The notes under the pieces are model-generated. The model saw only the letters and a list, made by a program, of their open reading frames with translations. It did no database searches and was not told the origin of the DNA. Below are positions 1 through 14,917 of a stretch of 64,000 bases of DNA, in pieces. Each line of letters starts with the position of its first letter. The stretch's first letter is position 1. The translations under genes were made by a program, and so were the position numbers. The stretch is from the human T2T-CHM13v2.0 reference genome, Homo sapiens, in assembly GCF_009914755.1 (NCBI RefSeq), contig NC_060933.1; one strand, written 5' to 3'.

Positions 1-3000
1 GGTCTTCGGCCCTTCTTCTGGCCCCAGTTGTCCTCCGTGGTTGCTGGTAAAGGTTGCTTCTGCCTGTGGCCTGGGTATTATTTGTACAGATTAGGAGAAG
101 AGTGTTCAATAGGAACACTCACTGCTTTCTTATACGCTGTCTACACTGGGGTCCCACTCCCTCATACTAACATTTATGTTACTTTTTTTGACCTAAATAT
201 AACTATATTTGTAAAAGAAGATGCAATCTCCCTGCTTGCTTTTTGCCATCTGTCAACCTTACCCTGTAGGTTTTGACTGCAGGTCTCTCCTTTCCTAACG
301 GGTTTTCCCTGGGAAGCTGGTACGATCCACTATATAGCTTGAAAGTGCAAAAATGGTCATGGCTATTTTAAAGGGTCAAATATTAAAATATAATATTAAA
401 TTATGAATATTAACTATGAATACAAATTATGAATATTAAATTAGCAGGGTATCCAGTTCCTCTGAAACATCTGCCCTCCCTGCCTCTCACCAGTGTCAGG
501 TTTTCAGGATTCCCAGGGTGGTACACAGTCCAAGTGCTGTTCTTGTTTGGTGTAGACAGTGTCAGAGAATCTGGTTAACCCACTTGTGCCACTTATCCTG
601 GCACCAGTTTATTGCCCTGTGCACTACTGTAATGGGGCTTTGGCCAGTCCATGCCTTTGCTAGTTCCTGATGTATTGTGCTCCACTGTTGGCCTTCCAAG
701 GCTAGAGCCCTTGGGTTCACACTCTCAAGCCATGCACTGTCCCAAGGTAGTCTGTGAACACCAGGGTAGCTGGGTTAGAAGGGCCATCTAAGCTCAGCCA
801 CCCTTTGGGACAGAAAGAGCCCTCCCCTCAAGATCCGCCAGACCCTGGTGTGAGATAAGGTTGCCAGCCACGCTTCCCCTTCCCTGTAGTCAGTTCTCCT
901 CTGTGGGCCTTGGTGCTTTTCCTGACAGCAGACATCAACCAGAGCATGCCGGGCCCAGTAAAGTGGTCCCTCAATGCTGAAACGCTAAAGGGAAGAGCGG
1001 AGTCCCCATTTCATTCCCAACAGCAGGATCCTTGGTCTCCAGTACAGGTTTACTAACCTTCCCACCCTTGCAAACCACAGGGGCAAAGGCAGCCTCTGCC
1101 AGGCCACAAAGGCCCCTCCCTCTCCCTTCCAGGGTAAAGGGCGCGTGGGCTTCTTATATTTGCATGACAAGGTGACCTTGCCCTGCTCTAAGAAGTCTTC
1201 CTGTCTCAACCCAAAAGGCAGCTTTAAAAAATGCAGCTTCTGTAGCCAAATTTCTGTCTCTCTAGCACCTGCTATTTGAGTATAACTCAAGACAGTCATT
1301 TCCATTGTCCTCAGAGTGTTTTTGCAAGCTTAGCTCCTTTGAAAGTTTGCCCTCCTTCCTACTCTTCCAGAGGCCAATGTTAAGTTTTATTAGAGTGGTT
1401 TTCCAACTATTTAATGGGCTAGCAGGAGAAGAAGGAGCGGGACCCTGTTAGTTTGGGTAGGTGAGGTTGCAGGAAAAAGACACCCAAACATGTAATGGCA
1501 ATAATAAGGAAGTTGATTTGTCATGCTCAGGATGGTACTGGGCTTGTCAGTAGGTCAGTGGGACAGCCTTCCTCCACTTGGCCATTCTGGGTCCAGGCTT
1601 TTGGAGACTCAGTCATCTTCTACATGTGGCATGTCAAGAATCTATCTTCCACCTTTCTGTTTGTAAATTATTATTATTATAACTTTTATTTTGAAATGAA
1701 ATACAAGCGATTTCCCACACTTCTCCAAATGATAGTGTCTTACATAACCATAGAACATATTTGAAAACCTGGGCACTAACATTGAACCAATACTCTTAAC
1801 TCGGGTATGGACCTTTTTTGCTCTTCACCTGATTCGATACACATTTTTAAAAAATATGCCTTACTTTTAACTAAACAAGACTTTCACTTTTTATGTGCGT
1901 GTGTGTCCCAGGCACTGCACTAGACCCTAGGAGTAGATTTCTGTCTAGATAGCTGAGTGGCCCCCATCACTAGCAAGTTATTCTTTCATCTGGCTGCCAG
2001 CTAATCAATGATCTAACTTCTATTCCCCCCTCTCTATTTCCCATCCACATGTGCCCTTAGTGATATTCAATCCTTAACCCACACGTTTCCAGAGGAGATG
2101 ATCTTCTAGATGTCCAGTCACTACTTAGTTTAAAGCCAATAGCATCTGATACAGAGTATATACCTTTTCCTCCCACCAAAAGTCCGATACCAATTAGATG
2201 GGATATTAACAAGTCTGTGCTCTTCAAAATGTACCTTCAGTTTATTCTTCTTCCTCTTATCCAAGGGCCTGATAATCCTTTGAATGAGATTGGCTTCTGT
2301 CTGAGCTTCTGGTGGATAATGGCAGCATTTTATCAGGTTTTAGTTTTCATTTTCAGCATAATACAATTATGTGGAGAGAATACTTCCATCTGTATTTCCA
2401 GCTCTATGGTACCTCCTTGCCATTGCAAATACTTTTCTTAAATTGCACAGGAGAGTTTAAACAATTGTGAAATTCCTAAAACTGCCTGCTTCATTGCCAA
2501 GAAGTCTTCTTCTGGCTGGCATCCAAAGTGGTGGCCACAGTTACCTTTCTGGAGCCCGATTTCCGACATGGCACCCTCTCATTCTTCTTAATAAATGGTT
2601 TGAACATCTAAAGTAGCCACAAGGATTCCTGGCATTTGTCAGAGGCGGAAATCCGCATGGCAGACTGAGAGGGAGAGTCATAAAATCTTTGTTTTAGTTT
2701 GGACTCATTTAAAAATTGGAATGAAATTAAAAAATGTTTTTTCTTATGTGGTCACGGAGGTTTCCTCTTAGGAGGTGGGAATTCTACCAGGAAATGACGT
2801 GTAAGGAAAATGACTATGGAGTCTGTTTAGTGCTTTGTTTTGTGGGTCCATGGGAGCAGGAGTTGTCTCGCTTTCTGCTGAGTCCTCTGCGTCCCCTTCT
2901 TGCAGTCAGAGCCCCACAGTTGACGTGTGCTCTTACCGGTAAGTCTCAACAGTTTTTATTTCACACCGTGGTCTGCAAACGTGCTTTCAAAACGTGCCTT

Positions 3001-3459
3001 TCTTTGTGTGCAAACATTCACACCCACATTCTTATGTTTGTGGATTCTCTGTCTTCCAGAAACACTAGTGTCTGTCCAAACCTTTCAGACCAGAAGGGTG
3101 TAACTTTTGGTTTGTGGTCTCATCTCTCTGTGTCTCTCCTTACAATAATACACAGATGTTCAGAAAGCTCTGCTGAAAAGGGAAGAAAGTGTCTTTGATT
3201 CCTGCTCCCCAAGCCGCTCTATTTTAGACACTTTCAAAGCTATGAGAATGGAAGGTGTCTGGCTGTTCCCCCGCTGCTGGACAATACTATTTGATTGATT
3301 AGAGACTTGGGCACCATTTATGAAACTACCATTTAAACTAGAAAACATGTCATCAGATACAGCTTCAAGCATTGGATGAAGTCTGACTCTGAAAGTTAAA
3401 CGGGAGGTGATTCTTGTAAAGCAATAAGTTTAATTCTTGGAGCTTGAATCCATCCAAAT

Positions 3460-3970
3460 TCTTTCATCTACCCAACACTTCCTGAGTGTCTCCACCTTGG
3501 GCCAGGAACTGTGTGTGATTCCAGGGACACAGTCCTGGCAGCCAGCCCTCATAAAGCTCGGGTCTAGGGGTGATAGGCAAAGCAATCACCTAATACTGTG
3601 TGATGAGGTCCACAAACAGGAGTGCACCACAGGTTGGTGGGGGCAGAGGCGGCCCAGGGAGGGGCTGGGCTATGCCCAGGTTGGGGTGGAAATGGACAAG
3701 AGGTGTTGGAAGTTGTTTTCGAGATGAAATAAGGCATGGCCTGAATCTTGAAGGTGAGCCATGTGGTCACAGATCAGGATAGGTATTTAGAGATGGAGAA
3801 AGCATCCATGAAGCTCGTGGGTGTGTAGGGGAGCAGCCGGCCTGTGGTGTGGTGGGGCTGAAGTGAGAAGAGGCTAAAAGCAAGGAGGGACTTCCTCATG
3901 AAGAGCCAGTTGAAGGAGTTTAGACATGTGTTTTCTGTAGGCAATGTAGAGCTACTAAAAATATTTAAGC
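3460..3970 (-). mobile_element. Degraded L2 LINE fragment
   Basis: Resembles the L2 3' end in reverse (caacacttcctgagtg...ccaggaactgtg...gccctcataaagct...gaaggagtttagac...gtaggcaatgtagagct); boundaries approximate. Confidence 0.5.
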
Positions 3971-4909
3971 ATGCTTATGTAAATTTGATGGTAAAAATAC
4001 ATAAATAAATAAAAATAAAAACATAAAAAAGTTTAAGCACATGCATGATGTAGGTTAGTTTGTGTTTTCATTGTACAAAACACAGATAGTCTGTATGATG
4101 CAAAAATAAGAAGTCAATTAAGTCAACCTGGTCCCATCACTGAAAAATTATTGTCAAAGCAGCTTGACAGCCTTAATTGGTTAATTCTTTCAAAGTAAGG
4201 GTACAAGTAAAGATGTGTTTCCAGTAAAAAGGTTTCTTTTATTTTCCCTTGTGCAATAGTGAAACTCACTCCACTAGATCTCCAATAGCCACTGTCTCTT
4301 CTTCTACAATGTCAATCAGTAAAATTTGCACCTTGTCCAACATGTATTGATTAATTTCCAGGAACAGCCTCAACTTCCAGTTTGCTCCGGATTTTAAATT
4401 GGATCCATTCCTATATCTTCTGGGGCTGTCTATAATGTATTTATCTTCTTGGTGTTATGGCCATTATTGCATAAATTGCTAATTATGTTATTGGCTCATA
4501 TTCAGAGAATAAAGAAATACAGAATGAAATTGAGTGAAAATCAAAATATTCATAATAACTGTAGACGTCTGTTTTACAGAACATTAAAATTCTTGAAAAA
4601 AATCACAGTATTTCATGGGATTAAACACAAAAATCGGATTTAACAACTTGAGTGATATGCTAAGAGACCCATAGAAGGGAACAACTTTGATGACTCCTTT
4701 CAGAGTACACTTTAGATAAAATGGGAGAAGACATTTTTCTTTGTTCTACCTTTTCCCTTATGGAGGAAATACAAAATTCCTGCTTGTCCTGGACCGTCCT
4801 GGTTTAAGCCTTTTTCTGGGGTTCTACATGGTTTAATATTGGTCCCAGGTCTTCCATTCCTTAATGAGGAAATATTATTAATGGTCACATTAAAATAAGT
4901 CAGAGTAGG

Positions 4910-5515
4910 TTTTTTTTCTTCAACTTTTATTTTAGAATCAGGGGTACATGTGCAGTTTGTTACGAGTCAATTGCATGATGCTGAGGTTTGGAGTATGAAT
5001 GAATCTATCACTCAGGTAATGAGCATGGTACCCAAGAGGTAGTTTTTAACCCTTGCCCTCCTCTCTACCTCTCCCCTCTTGTATTTCACAGTGCTCTGTT
5101 CCCATCTTTATGTCTATGTATACCCGATATTTAACTCCCACTTATAAGTGAGATCACATAGTATTTGTTTTCTGTTTCTGCATTAGTTTGCTTAGGAGCA
5201 TGGCCTCCAGCTGCATCCATGTTGCTGCAAAGGACATGATTTAATTTTTTTATGACTGCATAGTATTCCAAGGTGTTTGTGTGGCACATTTTCTTTATCC
5301 AATCCACCACTGATGGGCGCCTGGGTTGATTCCATGTTTTCACTATTGTGAATGGTGCTGCAATGAACATACAAGTGCATGTGTCTTTTTGGTAGAATGA
5401 CTTCCCTTCGGGTATATACCCCATAGTGGGATTGCTGGGTGGAATGGCAGCTCTGTTTTAAGTTCTTTGAGAAATCTTCAAACTACTCTTCACAGTGGCT
5501 GAACTAACATACATT
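4910..5515 (-). mobile_element. 5'-truncated old L1PA (about PA15/16) 3' end
   Basis: T-tail then L1 3'UTR (ttttattttagaatcaggggtacatgtgcag); minus ORF 5131-5424 resembles the ORF2 C-terminus (KDTCTCMFIAAPFTIVKTWNQP..VDWIKKM). Confidence 0.9.
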
Positions 5516-5551
5516 GGCTGGGGTAGGTTTGGTAGGCCTCCACTTCATAGT

Positions 5552-6104
5552 TCCACTGTCTGGAGCAGCCTTATGGGTCAAGCATGGGCCGGGCTGTTGG
5601 GCCCCTGTGCCCTCATGGTTGGTTTTGATTTTGATGGCACCCCTAGACTTTATCAGGGTGACCCCTCAGGTATACACCGTGCCTGCAGGGCCAGTGCTGC
5701 AGGCCGGGCACCAAGGCAGTGAGTGAGTGCCTGGAGAAGAAGTAAGGGATGAAGCCATGGAAAGGTGTGGCCTGACCCTTAGGCTGGTGATGAAGGCGCT
5801 CTTGGAAGTGGGTGCCTCAGGTGGTAGAAACATTGAAGTTGCTGTCACCAGGCGAGATCAATCCCTCAGGAATTTAAATCCTGAAGAAATTGAGAAATAT
5901 GATGCTGAAATTGAAAAATAAAAAGAATAAAACGAAAAGAAGAAAGAAAAGAAAGCATCATGATGACTAAAATGTTCTTGCTTGTAACAATTTTTAAATT
6001 CAAATCACGGATGAGTCTACATCTACATGATGTAGGCATTTCCATTGCCTTTATTCACACCATCTGAGGGTCCTACAGTAAACTTCCATATTTGAATTTA
6101 AAAA
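5552..6104 (+). pseudogene. PSMA7P: 5'-truncated processed pseudogene of proteasome subunit alpha 7
   Basis: Intronless match to the PSMA7 C-terminal half ([21 protein letters not shown]; [51 protein letters not shown]). Frameshifts near 5710-5745, premature TAA at 5919 and 5928, native TGA 5961-5963, 3'UTR with decayed poly(A) signal AGTAAA 6077-6082. Confidence 0.92.
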
Positions 6105-6469
6105 GTGAGCATAGCAGGCTAAGCATGCTTCCTTGGCTGCCTGCCATCAATTGCATTTAGAAATGGTTGAGTTTTGCAGGTCAACTTTACAAGTAAAACC
6201 TAAGTCTCTAAACGTGGCAGTGGATATTTTTGTAAATGAGTCTTCTAAATTTTGATTGCATTTTGTTCAAAATCTGTTGGAAATCTGTGGCCAAAGTATT
6301 TAAAGAAGGGAGCACAAAAAAGTATTAGCTATTACATGTATTGAAATTACAAGTAATATTACGCATTACTGGTATTGAAAACAAAGCTGAGAGCAGAGAC
6401 TCCATAACTTACACGTACAAGAGGAAGTAACTGAATAAATTAGAAGGCAAGGGCTCAGATAAGGTATAA

Positions 6470-7154
<685 letters not shown>

Positions 7155-7518
7155 GAAGATTCTGTTTTTAATTAGATAAATTTTTACTCTGAACCCTAGT
7201 GAAATGACATTTTTAAATCTATTCTGCTGCGTCTACATTTGGCATGTTTGAAACGTTTGACCTTGTAAAAAGTGTTTTGAACAGAGTTTAAAAAGACAAA
7301 AACTATATTTTTTGTCTTATATTTTTTATATAAATCTTTTATATTTATATTTGGGTGGAAATATTTACACATTTCAATTAGGAAAATCAGTACTGAGAAT
7401 ATTCTCTAGTTAGGAGCATTTGTGTACCTCTGTCCCTAGAGAAGACTTTTTCTCAACTAAAGATACTATGGTCTATTGAGGTGACTTGAAGGTATCAATA
7501 ATTTAAAATTCATTAACT

Positions 7519-7791
7519 GGCCAGGCACAGTGGCTCACGCCTATAATCTCAGCACTTTGGGAGGCTGGGGTGGGGGGGATCACCTGAGGTCAGGAGTTCG
7601 AGACCAGCCTGATCAACATGGCGAAACCCCGTCTCTACTAAAAATACAAAACTTAGCTGGGTGTGTTGGCGTGTGCCTGTAATCTCAGCTACTCGGGAGG
7701 CTGAGGCTTGAATCGCTTGAACCCGGGAGGCAGAGGTTGCAGTGAGCTGAGATCACGCCTGGCCGAAAGAGTAAGACTCTGTCTAAAAAAA
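7519..7791 (+). mobile_element. AluS
   Basis: ggccaggcacagtggctcacgcc...gactctgtctaaaaaa; TSD aaatt(c)attaac. Confidence 0.93.
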
Positions 7792-8566
7792 CCCACAAAT
7801 TATTAACGATAAAAAGTGACTTTGAAGAAGATTGCTGGCAATTTTATAAAAAAGATGAAAGGATAATAAGACCAATTTGAAGAAAGTACATTTTTCAGAA
7901 AAAAAAAAAATGAGTGCCATGCATTCAAGATATAGCTGAGAAACTGATCAAAGCATGTGAATAGGCACCAAAAGTAATTCTGCTTATTTTAATTTTTAAC
8001 ACTCAGATAATCAATATGAAGAAATTTTCGATTTTTATTTACATACACTACAAAGGTATATGCTACTTATTTTTCTAGAAAGTTTATTTTTAAAAATAGT
8101 CTTTGAGTTGAACTATTTCATAGGTCTATCAATATAATAAAACCAATTTATTAGTCAATAAAAAGTTAAAAATCATATAATTTTGTTTCTAGCAACATGA
8201 AATAGCAATTCAGAAAAAGATTTTATATTGTTTTGATACCCCATTTCCTTCCAGAAGTAGGGTGATAAATTGCTTTTCAAAAATCTTTACCTTGTGCGTT
8301 AGTTAGGTTTAGGTTTACAAGTTACAGACCCCTGACAGCCATGGTGTAAGCAAGGTGGATGCCTCTTTCTCTTCTGTAGAAGTCTGGGGTCAGTTGTTGG
8401 GGACCCGAATGTAAGTCCTGCTCCTCCTGTCTTATTCTTCTAGTGTACGTAGTTTCCACTGCCATGTCTGGTTGTTCCATCTTCAGCTACCTCAGGAAAA
8501 TTCAGTCAATAGGAAGGAAGGCAGAGGGAGGACAGGCAGTGAAGGACAGGTGCCAGCTGCCTGTTG

Positions 8567-9594
8567 TTTTTAATAGACTTTATTTTTTGGAGCAGTTTTA
8601 GATTCACAGCAAAATTTAGTGCAAGGTAAAGATAATTCCCATACCCCTACACATGCATAGCCTTAATGCATAGACTCTAGTGTCAACATCCAACACCAGA
8701 GTAGTGCCTTTATTACATTTGATGAACCTGCATTGCCATATCATTGTCACCCAGAGTTGATATTAGGATTCACTCTTGGTGGTGCACATTCCATGGGCTT
8801 GGACAACCCATGGATAACCCATTATGTGTGGGCATAATGACATGTATCCACCCTTATAGGATCACACAGAGTAGATTTGCTGCCCTAAGAATTCTCCATG
8901 CTCTGCCTGTTCATCCTTCCCTCTCTCCTAAACCCTGGCAACCACAGATCTTTTTACCGTCTCCATAGTTTTGCGTTTCCCAGAATGTCATAGAGTTGAA
9001 CTTGCACAGTGTGTTGGCATTTCAGATTGGTTTCTTTCACTTCATAATACATTTGTGTTTCCAACATGAGTTTTCATGGTTTAATAGCTAATTTCTGTTT
9101 TAGCTCTGAGTAATAGTTCATTGTTTGGAGATATCACCTTGTTTTTTTATTAATTCATTCCCCTACTGAAGGACACCTTGGTTGCTTCCAAGCTTTGGCA
9201 ATTACGAATAAAGCTGCTAGAAACATCTGTGTGCAGGTGTTTGTGTGGACATCAAGGAGTATGATAGCTGGATTGTATGCTAAGAGTATGTCTAGTTTTG
9301 TAATAAACTGCTAAGTTGAACTCCAAAGTGGCTGCACCATTTTGCATTCCCACCAGTAATGAATGAGAGTTCCCGTTGCTTCACACTTTTGCCAACCTTT
9401 AGTGTGGTCAATATTTTGGATTTTGGCCATTCTAATTAGGTGTGTAATGGTTCCTCATAGTTGTTTTAATTTGCATTTCCCTGATGACATGTTATGTATG
9501 TATCTTTTTGTATGCTAATTTGCAATCTGCATATTTTCTTTGTTATCTATTAAGTCTTTGGGCCCATTTTTAACTAAGTTGTTGTCTTTCTTCT

Positions 9595-9639
<45 letters not shown>

Positions 9640-11280
9640 TGAGACACGGTCTTCGGTCTTGTTCTCTTGTTCTGTCACCAAGGCTGGGGTGTGGTGGCAT
9701 AACTTTGGCTCACTGCAGCCTTGACCACCTGGGCTTAAGTGATCCTCCCACCTCAGCCTCCCAAGTAGCTGGGACCACAGGTGGACACCACCATGTCTGG
9801 CTAATTTTTTCATATTTTTTGTAGACATGGGGTTTTACCATGTTGCCCAGGCTGTGTTTTCTTATTGTTGAGTTTTAAGAGTTCTTCGTATATTTTAGAT
9901 AACAGTCCTTTATCAGATATATCCTTTGCAAATATTTTCCCCCAGTCTGTGGTTTGTCTTTTCATTCTCTTCACAATGGTTTTTTTTTTTCAGAGCAGAA
10001 AATTTCCACTTTAATGAATTCCAGCTTATCAATTATTTCTTTCATGGATTGTGCCTTTGTTGTTAGAATCTAAAAAGTCATTGCCCAACCCAAGGCTATT
10101 TAGATTTTCTATGTTATCTTCTGGGATTTTTATAGTTTTGTGTTTTATATTTGGGTTTGTGATCCACTTAGAGTTCATTTTTGTGGAGGGTGTAAGGTCT
10201 GTGTCTAGATTCATTTTTAAAATTTTGCCTGTGGATTTACAGTTGTTCCAGCACCATTTGTTAAAAAACTACCTTTTCTTTATTGCATTACCCTTGCTCC
10301 TTTGTCAAATATCCTTTGGCTATATTTATGTAAGTCTATTTTGGGGCTCTCTATTCTGTTTCATTGATCTATTTGCCTATTCTTTCACCAGTAACGCAGT
10401 TTTGATTCCTGTAACTTTATATATAGTAAGTCTTGAAGTCAGGTGGTGTCAGTCTTCCAACTATTCTTCTCCTTCAATAACATGTTGGCTATTCTGGATG
10501 TTTTTCCTCTCCTTATAAACTTTAGAATCAGTTTGATGATAGCCACAAAATAACTTGCTGAGAGTTTTGATTAGGATTGCATTGAATCCAAAGATCAAGT
10601 TGAGGAGAACTGACATCTTGACAATCTTGAGTCTTCTTATCCATGAATATGGAATTTTTCCCTATTTATTTAGTTATATTTTGATCTCTTTTATTAGGGT
10701 TTTGTAGTTTTCCTCATATAGATTTTGCACATATGTGTTAGAGTCATACCTAAATATTTCACTTTGGGGGTATTAATGTATGTGTGTTTTTAATTTCAAA
10801 TTCCATTTGTTCATTGGTGATATATAAAAGTGATGACTTTTGTGTATTAACCTTGCACCCTGCAACTTTGCTGTAATTGCTTGTTAATTGCGGGAGGTTT
10901 TTTTCTTGTCAATTCTTTTATTTTTTTTTTTTAACAAAAATAATCATGTCATATGCAAACAAAGACAATTTTATTTATGGTTCAAAATCTGTTGGTTTTT
11001 TTCTTTTTCTCGTCTTATTGCATTAGCTAGGACTCCCAGTACAATGCTGAAAAGCAGTGGTGAAAGGGACATTCTTGTCTTGTTCTTGATCTCAGTGGGA
11101 AAGCTTTCAATTTATCACCATTAGGTATGATGTTCATTATAAACTTTTTGTAGAATTCTTTATCAAGTTGAGGAAGTTCCCCTCTATTCCTAGTTTACTG
11201 AGAGTTCTTTATTTTTTAATTATGAATAGGAGTTGGATTTTGCCAAATGCTTTTTCTGTATCTATTGATATGACCACGTG
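8567..11280 (-). mobile_element. L1MC1-like LINE, about 2.7 kb 3' portion
   Basis: Characteristic 3' end ttttaatagactttattttttggagcagttttagattcacagc; degenerate ORF2 peptides (MNLDTDLTP..KMNSKWI..KTIKIPE). Confidence 0.88.
9591..9854 (-). mobile_element. 5'-truncated AluJ with T42 tail, inside L1MC
   Basis: cactgcagccttgaccacctgggcttaagtgatcctcccacctcagcc; poly(T) 9597-9638. Confidence 0.9.
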
Positions 11281-11927
11281 ACTATCAGTTGTCTTGTAAG
11301 GAAGTTTTCAGAAATTGTCTCATCACATTTCAGCTTGCATCACCTTGACCAGAATTTAGTCACAGGGTTACACTTAGCTTTAGGGGAGGCTGGGAAATAC
11401 CGATTTTTTTTTTGTCATGGTTAGTGATGGTCCAAGATTTAAATGAAGGATTCTATTCTCAGAAAGATGGAAAGTACAGAACAGCAGTCCCTGCCACACA
11501 TCATCCTACAAACACGTACTATCATCCAACAGCTCTGTAGCCTGACTGCTTGGTTAGAGAATACACTTTGCCTGTGCTTTTTAAATGTTGCAAGAGAGAT
11601 CCTTGATACCATAGGACTGAATTAGTATCCCTAGGGAATACCTTCCACAATCATTACATTTACTTCAATCTCTCATCTGAAGACTCATGCAAATTTTGAC
11701 ACTATTCTAAAAAAATAAATATTTCTCTCCTTGGTTTAAAATATGTTAAAGATTCTTATTGTAGGAAAAAAACAAATGGCTTCGGAAGATGTTCCTATTT
11801 TGTCTGTGAGTACACATATACTCTGATTTGAGAACATAGTGTGTTTCTCTCATCTTAGATGGCTCAGCTGTCTAAAAGGCCTTTGTGTTTTTACAGCACT
11901 CTCTCAGGTCTAAAGAAACACATTTCT

Positions 11928-12410
<483 letters not shown>

Positions 12411-12769
12411 TTAAATTCATTGTTTTAAAAAATGCAGAAGCAAATTAAAGTTCTGAAGGAGGGGGCCTGGAAGCCACGTGTTCTCTATGTGTTGTTTGTG
12501 TCAATATTTAAAATTCCAACATCAATTACTTGGAACTTCAATAAGGAGCCACAGGCCCCTTGCCTCCATCCACTAATTATTATCACACTTAGCCAGTCTC
12601 AGCCTTCCTAGCAAGGAAATTGCTACAAGAATTATAAGACAACATGGGAATGTCGGCCACTTATGAGAGGCCCATGTTAAATTTTTAAATAAGACCATAG
12701 TTTCTATTAAAAGCTTATAGATACAATGTAGAGAAATCTTTTAGGAATTCTGAATGTGGGTGGAAAAGC

Positions 12770-13480
12770 ATTTATTCATTAGAAAAGTCTTGATCATGTG
12801 CCCAAATGTGCTAGTCCTGCACTGGACAGTGAGGATAGGTTGGTGATCAAGAACCAATATGGATGTCAGCCCACGCATAAAGCAGACACTTAAACAAAAT
12901 GTAATTAATCATCATCAGTGCTAGGAAGGAAAAACACAACCTGCTGAAAGCCTGCGCACCAAAGATACCCAAACCATTCTGAGGCTCAGGCAAGACTTCT
13001 CCAAGGCTAGCCACATCCTAAGGGTGACAAGGCTGGGGAATAGCATTCTGAGGCTAAGCAGATTGCCCATGCAAAAGCTTTTAAGGATGGAAAAACCTTG
13101 TGGTTTTTAAGAAATTCAAAGAGAACTGCATTACAAGCCGCCTTAAGGAATTACCAAAGGGCTTAAGTAGAGAAACGAGATGGTTGGATTTGCCTTGTCA
13201 AAAGGCCCTGGAGGTTGGTGTTATTAGCCTGGGAGAACAGCAAGCAGGTTATCAGGGCTCAACATAGAGTGGAGCCTGGAAGTCAAGGGGAAGAGAGATG
13301 GATAGAGATAAGTGATATTGGAGGCAAAATTGACGGCACCTGCATGTGGATCAAGTATCGGGGAGAGGCTGGGGGAGGACCATTTGCATATTTTTAGAGG
13401 AAAATGGGGATGGAGGTAGTGCCATGTACTGCAACAAGGAATGTGGGGGGTGGGGGTAGAAAAAGGGGGAAGATCACAAG
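12770..13480 (-). mobile_element. Degraded L2 fragment
   Basis: L2-like motifs (catttattcatt..gtgctagtcctgc..agcagattgcccatgcaaa..ggaggtagtgccatgtactg); boundaries approximate. Confidence 0.5.
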
Positions 13481-13569
13481 ACTACAGAAGTTAAGAGATC
13501 AATGAGTCCAACCCCTTCACTTCATAGTTGCAGATACTCAGGCCCAGGAATAAGAAACGACTGCATCTA

Positions 13570-13701
13570 AGGCCTTGCTTCTCGAAGGGTGCAAGCTTGT
13601 TAGAAATGCAAAGTTGCAGCCTTCCCAGTCCTGTGGAATCAGAACCTCCATTTTAACTAGGTTCCCAAGTGATTTGTAGACATCAAGCTTGAGAAGCACT
13701 G
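13570..13701. mobile_element. MER5A (hAT-Charlie) remnant
   Basis: cttgttagaaatgcaaa..ggaatcagaacctccattttaac..cccaagtgatt..ttgagaagcactg. Confidence 0.75.
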
Positions 13702-13909
13702 TTCCAAGGAAATTAATGAACATGCTGCACTGCTCAGTTAGTACTAAGTTAATATGATTTGGGATAAGTTTTCTTACTTTTATAAAACATTCTTTATACA
13801 TATGCTTTAGGAGTGATGTCCAAGTTTAAAAGGTAAGTTGAGGATTGCCAAAATTGAAGGACATTTTATTCAATGAACAAAAGGCTACTAATGTTTTGCC
13901 TGTAATATT

Positions 13910-13998
13910 AAGGAATAAAGGAAGAAATGATAGAGGGAAGGGAGGGAGGACAAAAGGAAGGAAGGATGGAAGAAAGAGGGAAAGAGAGAAAGAAAGAA
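13910..13998 (+). repeat. GA-rich polypurine low-complexity tract
   Basis: ggaagggagggagg..ggaaggaagg..gaaagagagaaagaaag. Confidence 0.8.
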
Positions 13999-14401
13999 TC
14001 TTCAAAGGCCATGTATATAATGGATTATTCACAATTTGTAAATATGGGATAAGAAAGAACTGGTCAAGTCAACTCTGCATTACATATTGTAGACACATGC
14101 TTCAATAGATTCTTTAAAAAGGAGTCAAAACTGCCAAATTCCTTTCTCTTACATAAGTTGCTTTTTTTAAGGAAGGGGATATTCGTAATTGTTACAGATT
14201 TCTAAATGTTGCTTAACAAAACCAGTGCTATAAAATCTTCTCAGCCAGAAATTATTTTTGTCTGCCTTTGTCATTTACTGAGCTGCACTGAGCAGGGGTC
14301 CCAGCAAACACTGTGCCATGTGCCCACATGTCCAGCATATTGCTGCTGCTCAAGGACCAAGTCTCAGCACAGGTGTGGAGTTGAGAAACTGCCCACCACA
14401 A

Positions 14402-14917
14402 TGCATGTTATCTAGTTTTGGGTAACAAATTTTTTCAGTGATTTAACACAACAAACATTACTTGTCTCATAGTTTCTGTGGGTGAAGAACCTGGGTTTCA
14501 CTTAACTAGTTGCCTCTGCTTCAAAGTCTTCATGAGATTGCTGTCAGCTAAGCTATCAGCTGGGGCTGCAGTCTCATCTGAAGGTTCGACTTCAGGGGGC
14601 TCTGTCTGCTTCTGAGTCACTCATGTGGTTGCTGGCGGGCCTCAGCCCCTTGCCATGTGGGCCTCTCCATAGAGCTACTGCCTCAGGACTGGGCATCTGC
14701 CTCCTCAAGGTGAGCAGAAGAGGATGCCTAGGGCAGGAACCGCAATATTTTATAGCCTAATATTAGACTTGTCACTTCAACCTCATCACTTTTGTCATAT
14801 TCTACTTTTTAGAAGCAAGTCAATAAGTTCAGCTCACATTCAGTGGGGGAAACCATGAAAGAGTGTGGATACTCAGAGGTGGGGGTTCTGAGTCCATTCT
14901 AGAGGCTGCCTGCCACA
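14402..14917. mobile_element. MLT1 (F/G/H-like) LTR
   Basis: ctggggctgcagtctcatctgaagg..cactcatgtggttgctggc..gccatgtgggcctctccatag..ggctgcctgccaca. Confidence 0.75.

Larger units (their letters stand above)
8295..11499. mobile_element. MLT1 (ERVL-MaLR) LTR split by an L1MC insertion (halves about 8295-8565 and 11285-11499)
   Basis: MLT1I/J-like motifs (gaatttagtcacagggttacacttagct..ggaggctgggaaat..ctgccaca) resume after the L1. Confidence 0.55.

Noticed and set aside
1-4450. Possible very old ERV/Gypsy internal remnants
   Set aside because: Only a vague impression from composition; no diagnostic gag/pol motif could be read, so it needs a Dfam nhmmer search
4910-6104. L1 fragment and PSMA7 copy as one twin-primed or chimeric insertion
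   Set aside because: The L1 piece seems to have its own degenerate TSD (gtaggttt on both sides) and no TSD spans both elements, so independent insertions are simpler
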